A DNA stretch of 64,000 nucleotides from Anolis carolinensis (GCF_035594765.1 NC_085841.1:329849402-329913401); one strand, 5' to 3'; shown: positions 12,630 through 43,896, counted from the stretch's first letter. The notes: generated from the sequence alone by a model not told the origin. Numbers and translations are program-made.

Positions 12630-13165
12630 ATAAGGAACGGATAGAAACACTGGGTGTGTTTAGCCTGGAAAAGAGAAATTTAAAAAGAGGCCTGGCTGTG
12701 GCTTTTCAATATCTGAAGTAGGGATGGAAAGAATATTTGTTCTTATTCATTTCCTGATTGAAAGGGAGGCTCCCAACACTTGGGAAACGTAGTTGGGAGG
12801 AATTTGGTTTTGCACATAGACAGAAAAGCGGTTCTTTTTTATTTATTTTTCTGTACAGCAAACTGCATAGAAAACACTTTAAGAAAGTGCCATAAAAAAC
12901 TGCAAAGAAGTATATATTAGAAAAACATCAGGCAGAGCAGTGGCTGTACTGAACAGCGTTTTCTGGGAGTTGTAGTCAAAAAAGGAACCTTTCCAAGTTC
13001 TGGCATAAGGGGAAGCCTTGTAACAGGCGAGACTCCCTTGGGAGGTGGCCAGTGTGTCTTTGCTGGAAGCATTTCATCAAGAGCAATTCCATTGCTGAAT
13101 CCTGATTCTGGCTAGAGTTTGGACTAGAAGATGTCCAACCCCCCGCCTTCCAGTTGTACTAAGCT
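12630..13165 (+). mobile_element. Decayed CR1 fragments
   Basis: TGTTTAGCCTGGAAAAGAGA (FSLEKR) and TTGGACTAGA 3' motif. Confidence 0.55.
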
Positions 13166-13910
13166 ACAGAAATACCTTTCAAATGCCATTTATAATGGAA
13201 TCAGGTCTGTGTCTGATTAATAGCAGAAAAGAGAGTGGGTGGGAACCTGGCATTTGGGCTGAAATAATTTATTTCTTCCTTTTTGCAGATCACCAATCTC
13301 CCTCTTACATTTTTAGGGCACTCGATGCCAAGGTCACACTAACCTTCCCTGGGAATGGGCCAGAAGGATTTTCTCAGACAGTTTACAGTGGTGAAGCCTC
13401 CCACAGCTGAAATAACAACTGTTTTAACCCAAAACACTGATCTATCAGCCAATGGGAAAGATAAAGAATTGAGGACCAGGGTGAGAGAAAACACTATGTA
13501 GCATCACTCTCTTTAAGGGAAATAAATGAATCAAGTCTGATCTAATTTCCAAGCATAGGCAACCCCCATGTTACGAACAATATAGGTTCTGTAGGTTTTA
13601 AAGATGAATTTGTTTGTAAGTCAGAATTTTTCAGTGTAATCCAGCCAAAACTCCAACAAGACAAAAAAGGATAACTTTCTGGACTGGATTAACCATTAAG
13701 CAAAATAAGCATGTGTTTAGGGCATCAAGAGAAGGGTGGAAGGGAGACACCACATACATTTTCCATTACCAGGTTTACCATCGGTCAAATGGTGCAAAAC
13801 TGCAAATGGTGTAGCTGAACCAGGTTTCACAAAAAGGATCTCCATAATAAAAGACTTTGCAATTAGAAATAGGTGGAAATTTTGTTTCAAATGTCGTTAA
13901 AGTGGAAGTA

Positions 13911-14377
13911 CAGGCAGTCCACAAGTTACAAATAGATAGGTTTGTTCTGAAGTTGAATTTGTAGGTAGGTCTGAACAGGTACATTTTTAAAGTGTAACTC
14001 CAGTCATATATATCACACACAACACACATATATATACAGTAGAGTCTCACTTATCCAACATAAACGAGCCGGCAGAACGTTGGATAAGCGAATATGTTGG
14101 ATAATAAGGCGGGATTAAGGAAAAGCCTATTAAACATCAAATTAGGTTATGATTTTACAAATTAAGCACCAAAACATCATGTTATACAACAAATTTGACA
14201 GAAAAAGTAGTTCAATACGCAGTAATGCTATGTAGTAATTACTGTATTTATGAATTTAGCACCAAAATATCACGATGTATTGAAAACATTGACTACAAAA
14301 ATGCGTTGGATAATCCAGAATGTTGGATAAGTGAGACTCTACTGTATATATAATCCAAAGCTAGCGCTCTCTCTCTC

Positions 14378-14409
<32 letters not shown>

Positions 14410-14734
14410 ACAAGAGAGAGAGAGAGAGAGGGAGAGAGGGAAGGAGGGAGGGAGGGAGTGAGCTTTGGATAGCATAGGGAAGGGTTAATACCCCAGTGGT
14501 GTTTGTTTTGCTGACTGTGCCCCTGTTCAGAAGATTACACCACACTTTCTATCCCTGTGACCATTGGATTTTGAAAAACCAAGCTTATTGTGGAAACAAG
14601 GATTGGCAAGAAAGCTTCAGTGGAGACCCCTTTTCCCCATGATAATACTTTCAGAAGTGAATTTCCCTTCCTAAGGGTAGATTTCTCCTACTTCCTGTTG
14701 TCTCACCCCTGTTCTGTAACTCGGGGACTGCCTG
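13911..14734. mobile_element. Pogo/Tigger-like MITE hosting a second MITE and microsatellites
   Basis: TIR CAGGCAGTCC / GGACTGCCTG, TA TSD. Confidence 0.8.
14037..14344. mobile_element. Tc1/mariner MITE, complete
   Basis: TIR CAGTAGAGTCTCACTTATCCAAC at both ends, TA TSD. Confidence 0.9.
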
Positions 14735-15116
14735 TAGTACAAAAGATACTATAGGCACCCAGAATCTGAGAAGGACACTCTCTCTGTACATATACTATAT
14801 AGGAAAAAAGAGTACAGCCTCCGCAATATCTCATTCAAATAAGGTGCCTTGGGATTGTTACTCTTTGGACCAGAGAACAGAGTTATGAGTAAAAACAAAA
14901 CCTTATCCCTGAGAATTGCCAAGATTAAACTGTGAAAGAATGAGTCCACTCTCATGGCCAGATAGGTCTTATAACTAGAAAAAAACTCTTCTTATGTTTT
15001 AATCTAAAGTACCAGCTTTTGAAATATATGGTTTCAGGTTGATGAAATGACATTACAAAAGCAAAATGTGATACCTCCAGTAACTATACAACAAGAGTTT
15101 TTGTTCATATGACCGA

Positions 15117-15403
15117 GGGCCCTTCCAGACAGATCCTATATCCCAGGATCTGATCCCAGGTTTTCTGTTTATTCCAGATTATCTGGCAGTGCAGACTCAT
15201 ATAATCCAGTTTAAATCAGAAAACCTGGGATCAGATCCAGGGATAAATGGCCTTTCTGGGGGCCCTTCCAGACAGCCCTATATCCCAGAATATCAAGGCA
15301 GAAAATCCCACAATATCTGCTATGAGCTGGGTTATCTGAGTCCATACTCTGATAATGTGGGATTTTCTGCCTTGATATTCTGGGATATAGGACTGTGTGG
15401 AAG
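15117..15403. mobile_element. Tandem Harbinger-like palindromic MITEs
   Basis: GGCCCTTCCAGACAG termini and internal inverted symmetry. Confidence 0.6.
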
Positions 15404-16042
15404 GGAATGGATAATAAAATACTGTTGGTTGTGGGGATTCAATATTAGTAACAACATTTTTATGTCTTGACCTATCAATACTAAAAAAATACACAAATGA
15501 CACCTTGTATTTGTTCCTTTGACATGACTAGAAGAGATTAAGTGTAGAAGGGGAAGTGCAATTTCCATAAAAGGTGTGTGAGACTTGTTTATTTAAGCAA
15601 GATCATTCACCAAGATTAAAATGACTAGTAAGTTATCTCCTGAAATATTTACTTACTTCATTTTAATTCCTTCCTTCCTTCCAGGAACTCAGCACTTTCC
15701 CTATGCTGTGAAATAGTGCAGGCTGCAATAAAATAGAGTAACTTCATTTTTACATTATTCAATCATTCCCTTTCCAAATGAGTCCTGTTATTTTGTTTAG
15801 AACTAAAATTGTCTCTCTTTAACCACCTTGGCTTCAAATAAGGGTTATCAATTTAGATTGCTTTTTAAAGGGATCCTGGATATGGATTTCTTACGTGGTT
15901 TCAGTTCCGCCAAGAGGGTCGAGCTCCCAAAGCATTGAATGAGACACAGACAGATTGAAGGCAAAATCAGAGATGTTTGTTCTTCTTGGACAAAGGGAAT
16001 GTCAGCAGAATCTGCACTCCAAAAACTGACATAGCTCAGTGC

Positions 16043-16057
16043 AAACACACACACACA

Positions 16058-16112
<55 letters not shown>
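16043..16112. repeat. (AC)n and (AT)n microsatellite
   Basis: About 26 perfect AT units from 16061. Confidence 0.95.
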
Positions 16113-16116
<4 letters not shown>

Positions 16117-16399
16117 AATTATTGACAATTCACATTGGTTTTGTTCTTTCTGTGAACATGGTGATGGCCTTTGTTTGGTATCTTCTGTTTCTTGTTCGCT
16201 CTGAGAGTATCCTGTGCATTTTGTACCTGTCTATCATTGTCTTGGTCTTGTATTATTATTATTTTGTTTATTCATACCTCACTTTTTGTCTCCACAAGGA
16301 GACTCAAAACAGCTACAATACAATAAAACTATTTGTGCGCATAAGGAAAACAGGAAAAAAAACCCAGTAGCTCTTAAGACCATTGCATATTCTGTGTAT

Positions 16400-16721
16400 G
16401 GCGCCCCCAGTGGCACAGTGTTAAAGCACTGAGCTGCTGAGCTTGCAGACCAAAAGGTTGCAGGTTCAAATCCCGGGAGCGGAGTGAGCACCCGCTGTTA
16501 GCTCCGGCTTCTGCCAACCTAGCAAATGTACAAATGTGAGTAGATCAATAGGTACCACTCTGGCGGGAAGGTAACGGCACTCCATGCAGTCATGCCTGCC
16601 ACATGACCTTGGAGGTGTCTACGGACAACGCCGGCTCTTCGGCTTAGAAATGGAGATGAGCACCAATCCCCAGAGTCGGATATGACTGGACTTAACGTCA
16701 GGGGAAACCTTTACCTTTTAC
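16400..16721 (+). mobile_element. Sauria SINE, full length
   Basis: ACCTTT tail; 11-bp TSD ATATTCTGTGT at 16387 and 16723. Confidence 0.92.
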
Positions 16722-17089
16722 TATATTCTGTGTGCCTTCCCGGGGTATTATGAAAGGATTATGGTATTTAAAGTGCAGCCATTCTTTGGGGTCTGAGTTA
16801 CATACAGTGCTTGTGCAACATTCAAGGGGGTTCAATGAAAGATTGTCAGAAACGAGAGATGAATTCAACTCCCCAAGTCACCCCTATGGAGCCTATGGGG
16901 TTCATCTTTTTGGGGTCATTTTCAACAACAGATTCAAAATAAATGTACTATGAGGAGGCCTTGGGTTACCAAATTTGAGATTATATTTTGCTGCATGCTG
17001 CTTGATGTGGTTAAAGGAATGGGGACTGCTGAAGAATAAAAGACTTTGGCAAATAGAAGTTGAGGTTCAGTTGGTACAAATATGGGTAC

Positions 17090-17172
17090 TTTGAATGCAA
17101 TGTTCCTGCTTCTTGGCAGGGGGTTGGACTAGATTACCCACGAGGTCACTTCGAACTCTGTGATTCTATGAT
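17090..17172 (+). mobile_element. CR1 3' terminus
   Basis: GGGGTTGGACTAGAT...GATTCTATGAT. Confidence 0.75.
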
Positions 17173-17569
17173 AAGATTAAAGTGAAAACAGTTTTTAATA
17201 ATCATTACATGAGGTGTGTCTCACTGATTTGATGGAAAAGATTCAAATTCAAATTATGCCAGAAAATGGCACTATAGGTCTCAACACTGGAAGCCTTTTA
17301 TAGAAAAGAAGCAACTAGGGCTCCATCTATACTGACCATTAAGTACATTTTCAAACCAGTATTGAAGAAAGTGTGTTTTTTTCTGTGCAGATGATTACAT
17401 AGGAAATTCTGGAGCCACTTTGAGGCCCAGATGGTGATTCCACAAATCATAGAGTATTAATGTGCACCGAGGGCTTTCTTTCACACAGCTTTTGTTATCT
17501 GTCTGACCCAGTTTGAATCTGGCTTGGAACTGCATTAAATAATCTGTGTAGATGAGGCCTGGGAAAGAA

Positions 17570-18330
17570 AAAAGCTTATGGTCCCAAAATTTGTTGGAGA
17601 ACTGTCAAGAAGACTGTACTATGAAAACAAACAGTTACTGAAAAAGAATTATGAATTTCAATTGATTTCTCGAAAGAAGTAAATTAGACAGAAAAGCCTT
17701 TATGGTTTTGAACTCTGTCTGAATTTGAAGCCCAGTTATGCATGAATCAGCAAGAATTGGCAAAATGTATGAACTTTTGTTAGAATTTGGGATGGAAGGA
17801 TTTTATCATAAAATGGGCTAGAAATTTTAGACATAATATACAAATGGCACTGTGGGAAAGGATATGGTCTAAAGCAGGCATGGGCAAACTCCAGCCCTCC
17901 AGGTGTTTTGGACTACAACTCCCACAATTCCTAACAGCCTACGGGTTGTTAGGAATTGTGGGAGTTGCAGTCCAAAACACCTGGAGGGCTGAAGTTTACC
18001 CATGCCTGGTCTAAAGGCTGAAATGTACTTTATGTTATGATTTTGGTAAGATTTTTAAAATGAAATTGTGTATAAAGGAATATGGAATATATACTGGCAA
18101 AGTGGTAAGCCAGAAGGGTCTTTTTCACATATGTGATGGACATGTGGAAATGTTAAAAATATTGGGTTCAAATACAGTGTGCTACCATTAAAAAACCCAT
18201 TAATATTTAATTAAAACCTGAATGTCTGAAAACAGGAGTATGCTCAACTAAAAAAGGTGGCATGGAAGCATATCTCACATCTGAGTAAAAATAAAATAAT
18301 GATGGAATGGGAATAAAGTGTACTGTGCTT
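17570..18330 (+). mobile_element. Decayed L1-clade ORF2 fragment interrupted by a hAT MITE
   Basis: IKWARNFRHNIQMALWERIWSK and remnant cysteine-rich (H..WTC) region. Confidence 0.6.
17875..18008. mobile_element. hAT MITE, 134 bp
   Basis: TIR CAGGCATGGG/CCCATGCCTG; perfect 8-bp TSD GTCTAAAG. Confidence 0.92.
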
Positions 18331-18392
18331 AAATTAAGAAAGCTTGGGGTGCATCTCTATACTATAGAATTAATAGTTTGATGCATTGATGT

Positions 18393-18796
18393 TTTTATGG
18401 CCGGCATCACTGGGTTGCTGTGAGTTTCCCGGGCTGTATGGCCATATTCCAGAAGCATTCTCTCCTGACGTTTCACGCACATCTATGGCAGGCATCCTCA
18501 GAAGTTGTGATGTTTGTTGGAAACTAGGCAAGTGGGAATGAAAGAAGCAGCCAAGCTTCGAAGCTGCAAGGTTATCCAATTCTAATCAAGCTGACCAATT
18601 GCAACATCCACATTTTCTCCAAACAGACAACAGTTCTTTCTTCCACCCTGGACCTTCCAGATATATAAACCCCACTTGCCTAGTTTCCAAAAGGTCTCAC
18701 AACCTTTGAGGCTGCTTGCCATAGATGTAGACGAAACGTCAGGGGAGAATGTTTCTGGAACATGGCGATACAGTCCGGAAAACTCACAGCAACCCA
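18393..18796. mobile_element. Penelope-like element, inverted pair of terminal fragments
   Basis: 18411-18536 is the reverse complement of 18671-18796; carries a CTGAGGA...GAAACGTC minimal hammerhead motif. Confidence 0.75.
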
Positions 18797-19232
18797 ATGC
18801 AGTTTGACACCGCTTTACCTGCCATGGCTCAATGCTATGGAATTCTGGTGAGGCCCCAGCACAGATTGCCATAAAAAGCTGAAGGTCAAGTAAAAGCACT
18901 TCTGCTGCTGCGTCCCTTCACGGTCTGAAAAGCTTGAACCTGGGAGCCTTTGTCCTTTCAACTACATCTCCCACAATCCCTTTCGCTGACAACGACGCTC
19001 GAGCCACGGGTTCTTGCGCTGCCCCCAAAGGCCCCGCCGATGCCCATTGGCGATTGGACACTCCCGTTCCGAACAGGCGGAGCAACATACTCGCTCGTCC
19101 AATGAGAGCAGGGCTGCCCGGAAGTGGGCCCTGTTCTCTGCGAAAGTCCGGGTGGCTACACGGTCCTTTTTTGTTTTGTTCCGCGTGAAGATCGTTCTCC
19201 CTTCTTTCCGTTCCCGTCTTGAAGTCGCGGAG

Positions 19233-25403
<6,171 letters not shown>

Positions 25404-25461
25404 ACAAGAGACATAATTTATATTGCAGAAAACTTGGTTACCCAGGAAGAACCAACAAGTA

Positions 25462-25467
25462 AATAAA
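25462..25467 (+). terminator. Candidate EIF2B2 polyadenylation signal (AATAAA; second candidate ATTAAA 25561-25566)
   Basis: First AATAAA, 58 nt after the stop codon. Confidence 0.6.
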
Positions 25468-26365
25468 ACATAAGACTGAAGAAGCATGTTCTTACTATAT
25501 TTGAAAAAGATTGCTTTGACCCATGTTTATTTCTACAGGCAAAACTGTTCTGTCAACTGTATTAAATAGAATAATTTATTCCTGAGAATGTTCTAGCCGA
25601 GCAGCACCACATTAACATGTACAAAGACCATAATTTAGTGATGGCCTAAATATAGAAAAAATTGCTTGAATTCATATGGCAAATTCATTGTGGGGACACA
25701 GTTCTTTGATTCATTTACTTTGCTTACAAAAGCAAGTGATAAGAAACCTAGAGGTCAGCTGTTCAAGCCCAACTGCCGCTATAACATGGAAATTGGAATC
25801 TTGCCTGGAAATATAAAGTACCATCAAATATTACTTTGCTTGCAGTAACTTTTGAGGTTACTTTATACTTTAAGGCAAGCTAAGAAAATACATACTACGA
25901 GATGGCAGCATTGAATAAGCATTCAGATTGACGATCCTTTTGGCTTTTTATACCAATTTGATTAGAAGCTCTTTTCTATGCTAGTTTCCCAGTTACTAAT
26001 CAGCATTTAAATATAATCCATACCTCATACTGATCAACTGTTACATCTATGTGAAATCAATTAATCCATAGTTACTGCTTATTCCAGTTTCAAGTATAAT
26101 AGGTGAGAGTGTTAACAACGGTTTTTCAAAGGCAAATACACACAGTTCTAGTGCAGGTCGAATCTTTTCTAATTTCTTTACGAGAACAGACCTGAGACAG
26201 ACTACTCAAGACTCTTTCAAGAATTTGAGAAGCACTGATCTCTGCTGCTTTCAAAATGCTGGAGTTCCTCATTATGCTTGCTTTCATAGCAAACGATGTG
26301 CCAAAGATATTGGTACAAACACAACCAGTTTGGTGACACCAGTGTTAAATGAAGTTAGATCTGTC

Positions 26366-38592
<12,227 letters not shown>

Positions 38593-39303
38593 TGCAAAAG
38601 CAGCAAGAGGAAATCAGGAGACTGGAAATGCATCACCACTTTTTCTGACTCTCCTGTTTGAAAACAAATAATTCAAAGCTTAATTTAAACTCTGTGGCAT
38701 TTTTTTTGAAGCCAAAGCCTTTTAAAATCTTTCTAAATATCTTTACTCAGAGTTTTGCACTAATCGTCCTCTGTACATAGCAACTGATGTCTTGGTTTTA
38801 ATAACTGTCATGTTATTTTGTTATATGACTATGTTATTATATTGTGTTTTAAATTTATGGACTGTTTTTCTTATGTAAGCCACCCAAGTCCCTTTGGGGA
38901 GATAGAGGCAGGGTACAAGAATAATGTTGTTGTTGCTGTTGTTGTTGTTGTTGTTGTTACCATTTGCCTACTGTGTTCTTATGATCATTTTTATTTAACC
39001 TGTTCCAATCCCTATTTTTGAAACATTCAGGTACAGAAGACCGCACTTAATTTCTAAGTTGATTATCACTTCTGTTTGTTCTGTTCATATGAATAATCAT
39101 AACACATTCCAAATCCAATGCTACAAAAACCAAATGAGAATTGTGACAATTGATTTTTTGGCAAATTAAAACCAACTGATGACCATGAGCAAACAATCCA
39201 CTGGTCTCAATATGGTCTTCAAACTGCACACATATCCTGACATGTTCCACATATTTTTCCTCCACTTAGCATCAAGGCAGTAAAATCTCTGTGTAGGAGA
39301 TCA

Positions 39304-39465
39304 GGACCCCATCTACACTGTCATATAATGCAGTCTGGAACTGAATTATATGATCAGCATAGACTCATATGAGGAATCTTAACAGTATTGCACTGCATTA
39401 TATGAATCTACATTGAGTGTATAATGCAGTTCCAAGCTGCATTATATAGCAGCATAGATGGGACC
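39304..39465. mobile_element. Harbinger-like MITE
   Basis: CCCATCTACACTG...ATAGATGGG inverted termini. Confidence 0.6.
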
Positions 39466-39706
39466 AAATTAAAAATGCCACAGAATGCATAGAACTGATA
39501 CTGGAAGTATAGACCCAGAAACTAATGGTGTGAGATCACTTTCTTTATGCCTGTCCTGATAGCTCATTTTAATTGTTTTGTATGTATGTAGTCACATATA
39601 TCTTCATCTTGGCTCAAAATGGGCTTATGGTCATGTATGGGCTGAGAAAGCATGGGCCTACTTCAGCCCTCCAGGTGTTTTGGACTTCGACTTCCACAAT
39701 TCATTG

Positions 39707-40394
39707 CTGGGTTGCTGTGAATTTTCCGGGCTGTATGGCTATGTTCCAGAAGCATTCTCTCCTGACGTTTCACCCACATCTATGGCAGACATCCTCAGAG
39801 GTTGCGAGGTCTGTTGGAAACTAGGCAAGTGGGATTGATATATCTGTGAAAAGTCCAGGGTGGGAGAAAGAACTCTTGTCTGTTTGAGGCAAGTGTGAAT
39901 TTTGCAATTGGCCCAATACTAATCAATTTTGCAATTGATTAGTATTGAATAGCCTTGCAGCTTCAAAGCCTGGCTGCCCCCTGCCTGGGATAATCCTTTG
40001 TTGGGAGGTGTTAGCTGGCCCTGATTATTTCCTGTCAATCAAACAGGGGGATTCCAGACAGGAAACAATCAGGGCCAGCTAAAACCTCCCAACAAAAGAT
40101 TCCCCCAGGCAGGGAGCAGCCAAACTTTGACGCTACAAGGTTTTTCAATGCTAATCATGGTGGCCAATTGCAACATTCACTTGCCTCTAACAGACAAGAG
40201 TTATTTCTCCCACCCTGGACTTTTCACAGATATATCAACCCCACTTGCCTAGTTTCCAATAGACCTCATAACCTCTGAGGATGCCTGCCATAGATGTGGG
40301 CGAAATGTCAGGAGAGAATGCTTCTGGAACATGGGCATACAGCTCGGAAAACTCATAGCAACTCAATGATTCCAGCCATGAAAGCCTTCGACAA
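39707..40394. mobile_element. Penelope-like element, inverted pair, inserted in a hAT MITE within MLH3 intron 1
   Basis: 39707-40036 versus 40057-40365 inverted; hAT MITE halves at about 39647-39703 and 40396-40467. Confidence 0.78.
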
Positions 40395-40559
40395 AGCCGG
40401 TAGGCTGTTAGGAATTGTGGGAGTTGAAGTCCAAAATACCTAGAGGGCCGAAGTTGGCCCATGCCTGGTGAATAGAGAAACTATTCCAAACTCCAAAACA
40501 AATCTGAAATCCAACACACTCCAGCTCCCAAGAGATCCCCAACCTGTAAGAATGAGTCA

Positions 40560-40905
40560 GGGCATGGCCTCTTCAGGAAAAGCGACGCCGCTCTCTCCTT
40601 GCCTTTTCCCTCTCCCTCCCTCGATTCCCGCCTTTACTCCCAAACCACAAAGAGCGAGATGGCTCTCCGGCCCCTTCACCCGTTGCCATCAACCGCCGCT
40701 CACCTCAATTTCGGACGTTGACGCCGGAGCCTCAGAAGGAAGGCTCGCGACACCGCCTCGGCGCGCGTCGAAAGGCACCCTGGGCCTTGTAGTTTCATGC
40801 GCCCCCTTGTGGCAGCATCCTGAATTGGCACTCTCCAACTGAGGTCTCCATTGACAAGTCCGTGCAAGACGCACATAGACGTATAGAGAATGGGGCGCTA
40901 CCGTA
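40560..40905 (-). promoter_or_regulatory. MLH3 CpG-island promoter and probable non-coding exon 1 (donor after 40704)
   Basis: CpG cluster; minus-strand donor GAG|GTGAGC at 40703; CTGGGCCTTGTAGTT ZNF143/THAP11-like site 40780-40794; CTCGCGA 40744-40750. Confidence 0.7.
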
Positions 40906-41259
40906 TTTAGCCATTTAGCCCTCCACCCAGAATAGGATTCAATGGCAACCAAATAAATCTTGAGCACTGGAATACTTAAAGAGGTTCTTGTTTGTAATTA
41001 GAAGCATAACTAACGTGGAATATAGACTGGGTCCCTCATGGATCAGATGGATTATTCTTCTGGACTTCTGTTTTATGTGAAGCAAAAGACTGGAGGGAAA
41101 AAAGAAGCAGGAAATATTACACTACTGGATGGCATCAGCTGAGAAGTGGGATGATTACAGGGCTTGCCCTAAAACTGGGCTGTCAAACTCATTTTAATCG
41201 ACAGCCTCATCAGCCTGATGGTTGCCTCCAAAGGGTTGTTGGATCAATGGATGGAGAAT

Positions 41260-41533
41260 CTTGTCAGGTTGTCTTTTAATCTGTCCACTTCGCTTCTGAG
41301 TCTGTTCAGAGACTTCCAAGTTGTCAATTCTTGGTTTGCCCTTGTTTCGTTCAGTGTTATGTCCACCTGCTTTGCATGAGCAGACTTGTGCCAGACAGGA
41401 CAGGCATACTCAGCAGTTGAGTAAGACAAGACCAGGGCTGATGTTCTTATTAATTGTGGGTCTGCACCCCATACACTGCCGGTAAGTTTCCGTAGGATGT
41501 TGTTGCGTGCAGCTACTTTGAGTTTGGTGTCTA
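41260..41533 (-). mobile_element. Vingi LINE fragment with internal deletion
   Basis: [26 protein letters not shown]...AEYACPVW; homologous to 62435-63365. Confidence 0.8.
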
Positions 41534-43896
41534 ACAATGAGGAATACAGGAGTTGTGGTCCAGCATCTGGAGAGCCACATAAAATGACACAGCAGGCTGG
41601 GTTCAGCCAACTGGCCTTGGGTGTAATACATCATGTGCCCTAAAAGTACGGGTAGCATGAAGAAGTAACCTGTCATGGATGTGGGAACAAGCCTTCGGAC
41701 AATAAACTGCAATGCAGTAAATAACCATGGGACAGTGCAATTTAGTCACAGAATGGCTCCTGGAATATGCCTTTGGACTGTGTGGTGTGTAAATAATTTT
41801 AAGATTATGATGTTTTAAGTATTGATTTCAATGTATGTGTGTTGTTTTTACCCTACATGTGTATATGTGGAATTGAATTGTGCCTTTTTGTGAGCTGTCT
41901 TGAGCCTCCTTTGGGGTGAGGACAGATATAAATGCAGAAAATAAGTAATAAATAAAAGTACTGAAGAAGTAACAACCAGCTAAGATCTGGTACCAGGACC
42001 CTCAACCCTTTGAAAAGAAGATGGCTAAATAGTAACCCCCCCCCCCCCCTTTGGGAATAGGAAAATATCAAAAGCTCATTTCTCCTCTTAGCAGAAGTGA
42101 ATAATTTTAAAGTCTTTTGCTTGAAGTCTGATCAGATACCTCCAGTACCAAGGCTTGGATACTTATATATTTCTATCAAGGGTGATTACTGTAAGGCTAT
42201 GTCTCCAACTGCCTACAGAGTTGACAACAGGGGGACTCGATCACCAATATCCCAGCTAGGAACCTACCCACAACAGTAAACGCTACAACTGGATAGGCTG
42301 GCCATAGAGATAGACTGACAACAACAGCGTAGCAGATTGATGATAACCTTGGGATCAGTGCAATTTTAAATTGTTTTATGTTTATGTCTGATGTTTTATA
42401 GCTTTAATGGTTTAATTTATAATGATAGGCCACTGATTTATATGGGTAATGCACTGTTTTATTATTTGTGAGGCACTGAATTTTGCCATTTATTTGATAT
42501 AAATTGCTTTGAGTCCCTTCAGGGGTGAGAAAAGAGGTATCTAAATGCAATAAATAATAATTGTTGTTTTGTACATTAAAGTCATTTCCAACTTATAGTG
42601 ACCCTAAGGCTCGTGGGTATTTTTCCCATTGGCAAGATTGACTCAAGAGGTTTGCCTTTGCCATTTTCTGAGTGTGGCTTGCCTAAATTGGGTGTCTATG
42701 CCATGCAGGGATTCTAACTCTGATATCCAGAGACATAATCCAACACTCAAACAGCGACACCATGCTGAATTTCTAAACATTTATTTACTAGGTTTAAAAA
42801 GGCAACATCCATGCCTGCATTTTTTAAATCCCTGCACTATCCCACCTGCTTTGTCCCCATAGGACCTCTGGTACTATATACCAAAAGTGGTAGGATACGC
42901 ATGTGAGAAAAATGTGTACATTGCATGGAGCCCAATGGGGTAATTACATCTCTGTATAGTGTCAGTAATAGAAACATAAGTTTTACGCCACAATTGTGCA
43001 CTTAAATACACTGCTTTATTTTCTCCATAGGAATGAATGGCATCTATTCACTTATTTGAGAAAAAACAAGGGTAATTCTAGGATACTACTTGGGAAAATA
43101 TTGTTTCCTGCCTCTTATGATCCCAATAATTGTGGAATAACACCTTCCCTATAACCACAGGTTTCATGAAGGATAAGGACTAGCAATGGTTACTAGTATG
43201 GCTATGCATTTCTTCATTAATAGAGGCAGTATGTTTTATAACAGAAGTTAATGGGGAATATGACAGAAACTACTAGTGCCCTCATATCTTGCTTGGCTAT
43301 GATGATAACTGAAGCCTGAACTAAATGGGCCTTCTCCAACACACCTCTTCTCATATACTCAGTCATTTCACTTGCATAGGCTCTTTTATGTTTCCTGGTC
43401 ATAATGGAGTATGACAGATTGTGAGAACCAGCTTTTCTATGTTATAAACAAGATTTACAACAACAAAACTAGGATTTTTCTCACATCCTGTCACCTTATA
43501 CTCTTTAGAAAGCATTAGGAAACATTTATGAATTAAAACCAAGCATATATCATAAAACAACTAAAACAAATGATATTTGTATGGAAATTAAAAATTCCAC
43601 CAATATCCCTGAAAAAACCCTATGACAGCTCATTTACGTCAAGCTTTTCAGTGTGGCAATCCAATTTTTGCACATACTTCTGGACATACACTCCATTAGC
43701 ACATCAAGGTCATACATTACTAAGTTTGTTTATATATTTGACCATTCAATACAGGAACCACATTAAATAAATAACATTAAGGACAGAACAAATCTGCATG
43801 TAAACAATGAACAAACAGAAAATTAAAGGGAAAACTTAATCCAGACAATTTTGAGGCTCTTTCCATGAATGAGGTGCTGTGCTCTCTTGGCCCTTG

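Noticed and set aside
18370-18899. Recurring ORFs containing VPEAFSPD (also 39.6, 40.2 and 49.6 kb)
   Set aside because: Translations of Penelope terminal repeats
1-18900. PGF exons, expected from human synteny
   Set aside because: No cystine-knot peptide, signal-peptide exon or CpG island recognised; the gene, if present, lies outside the window
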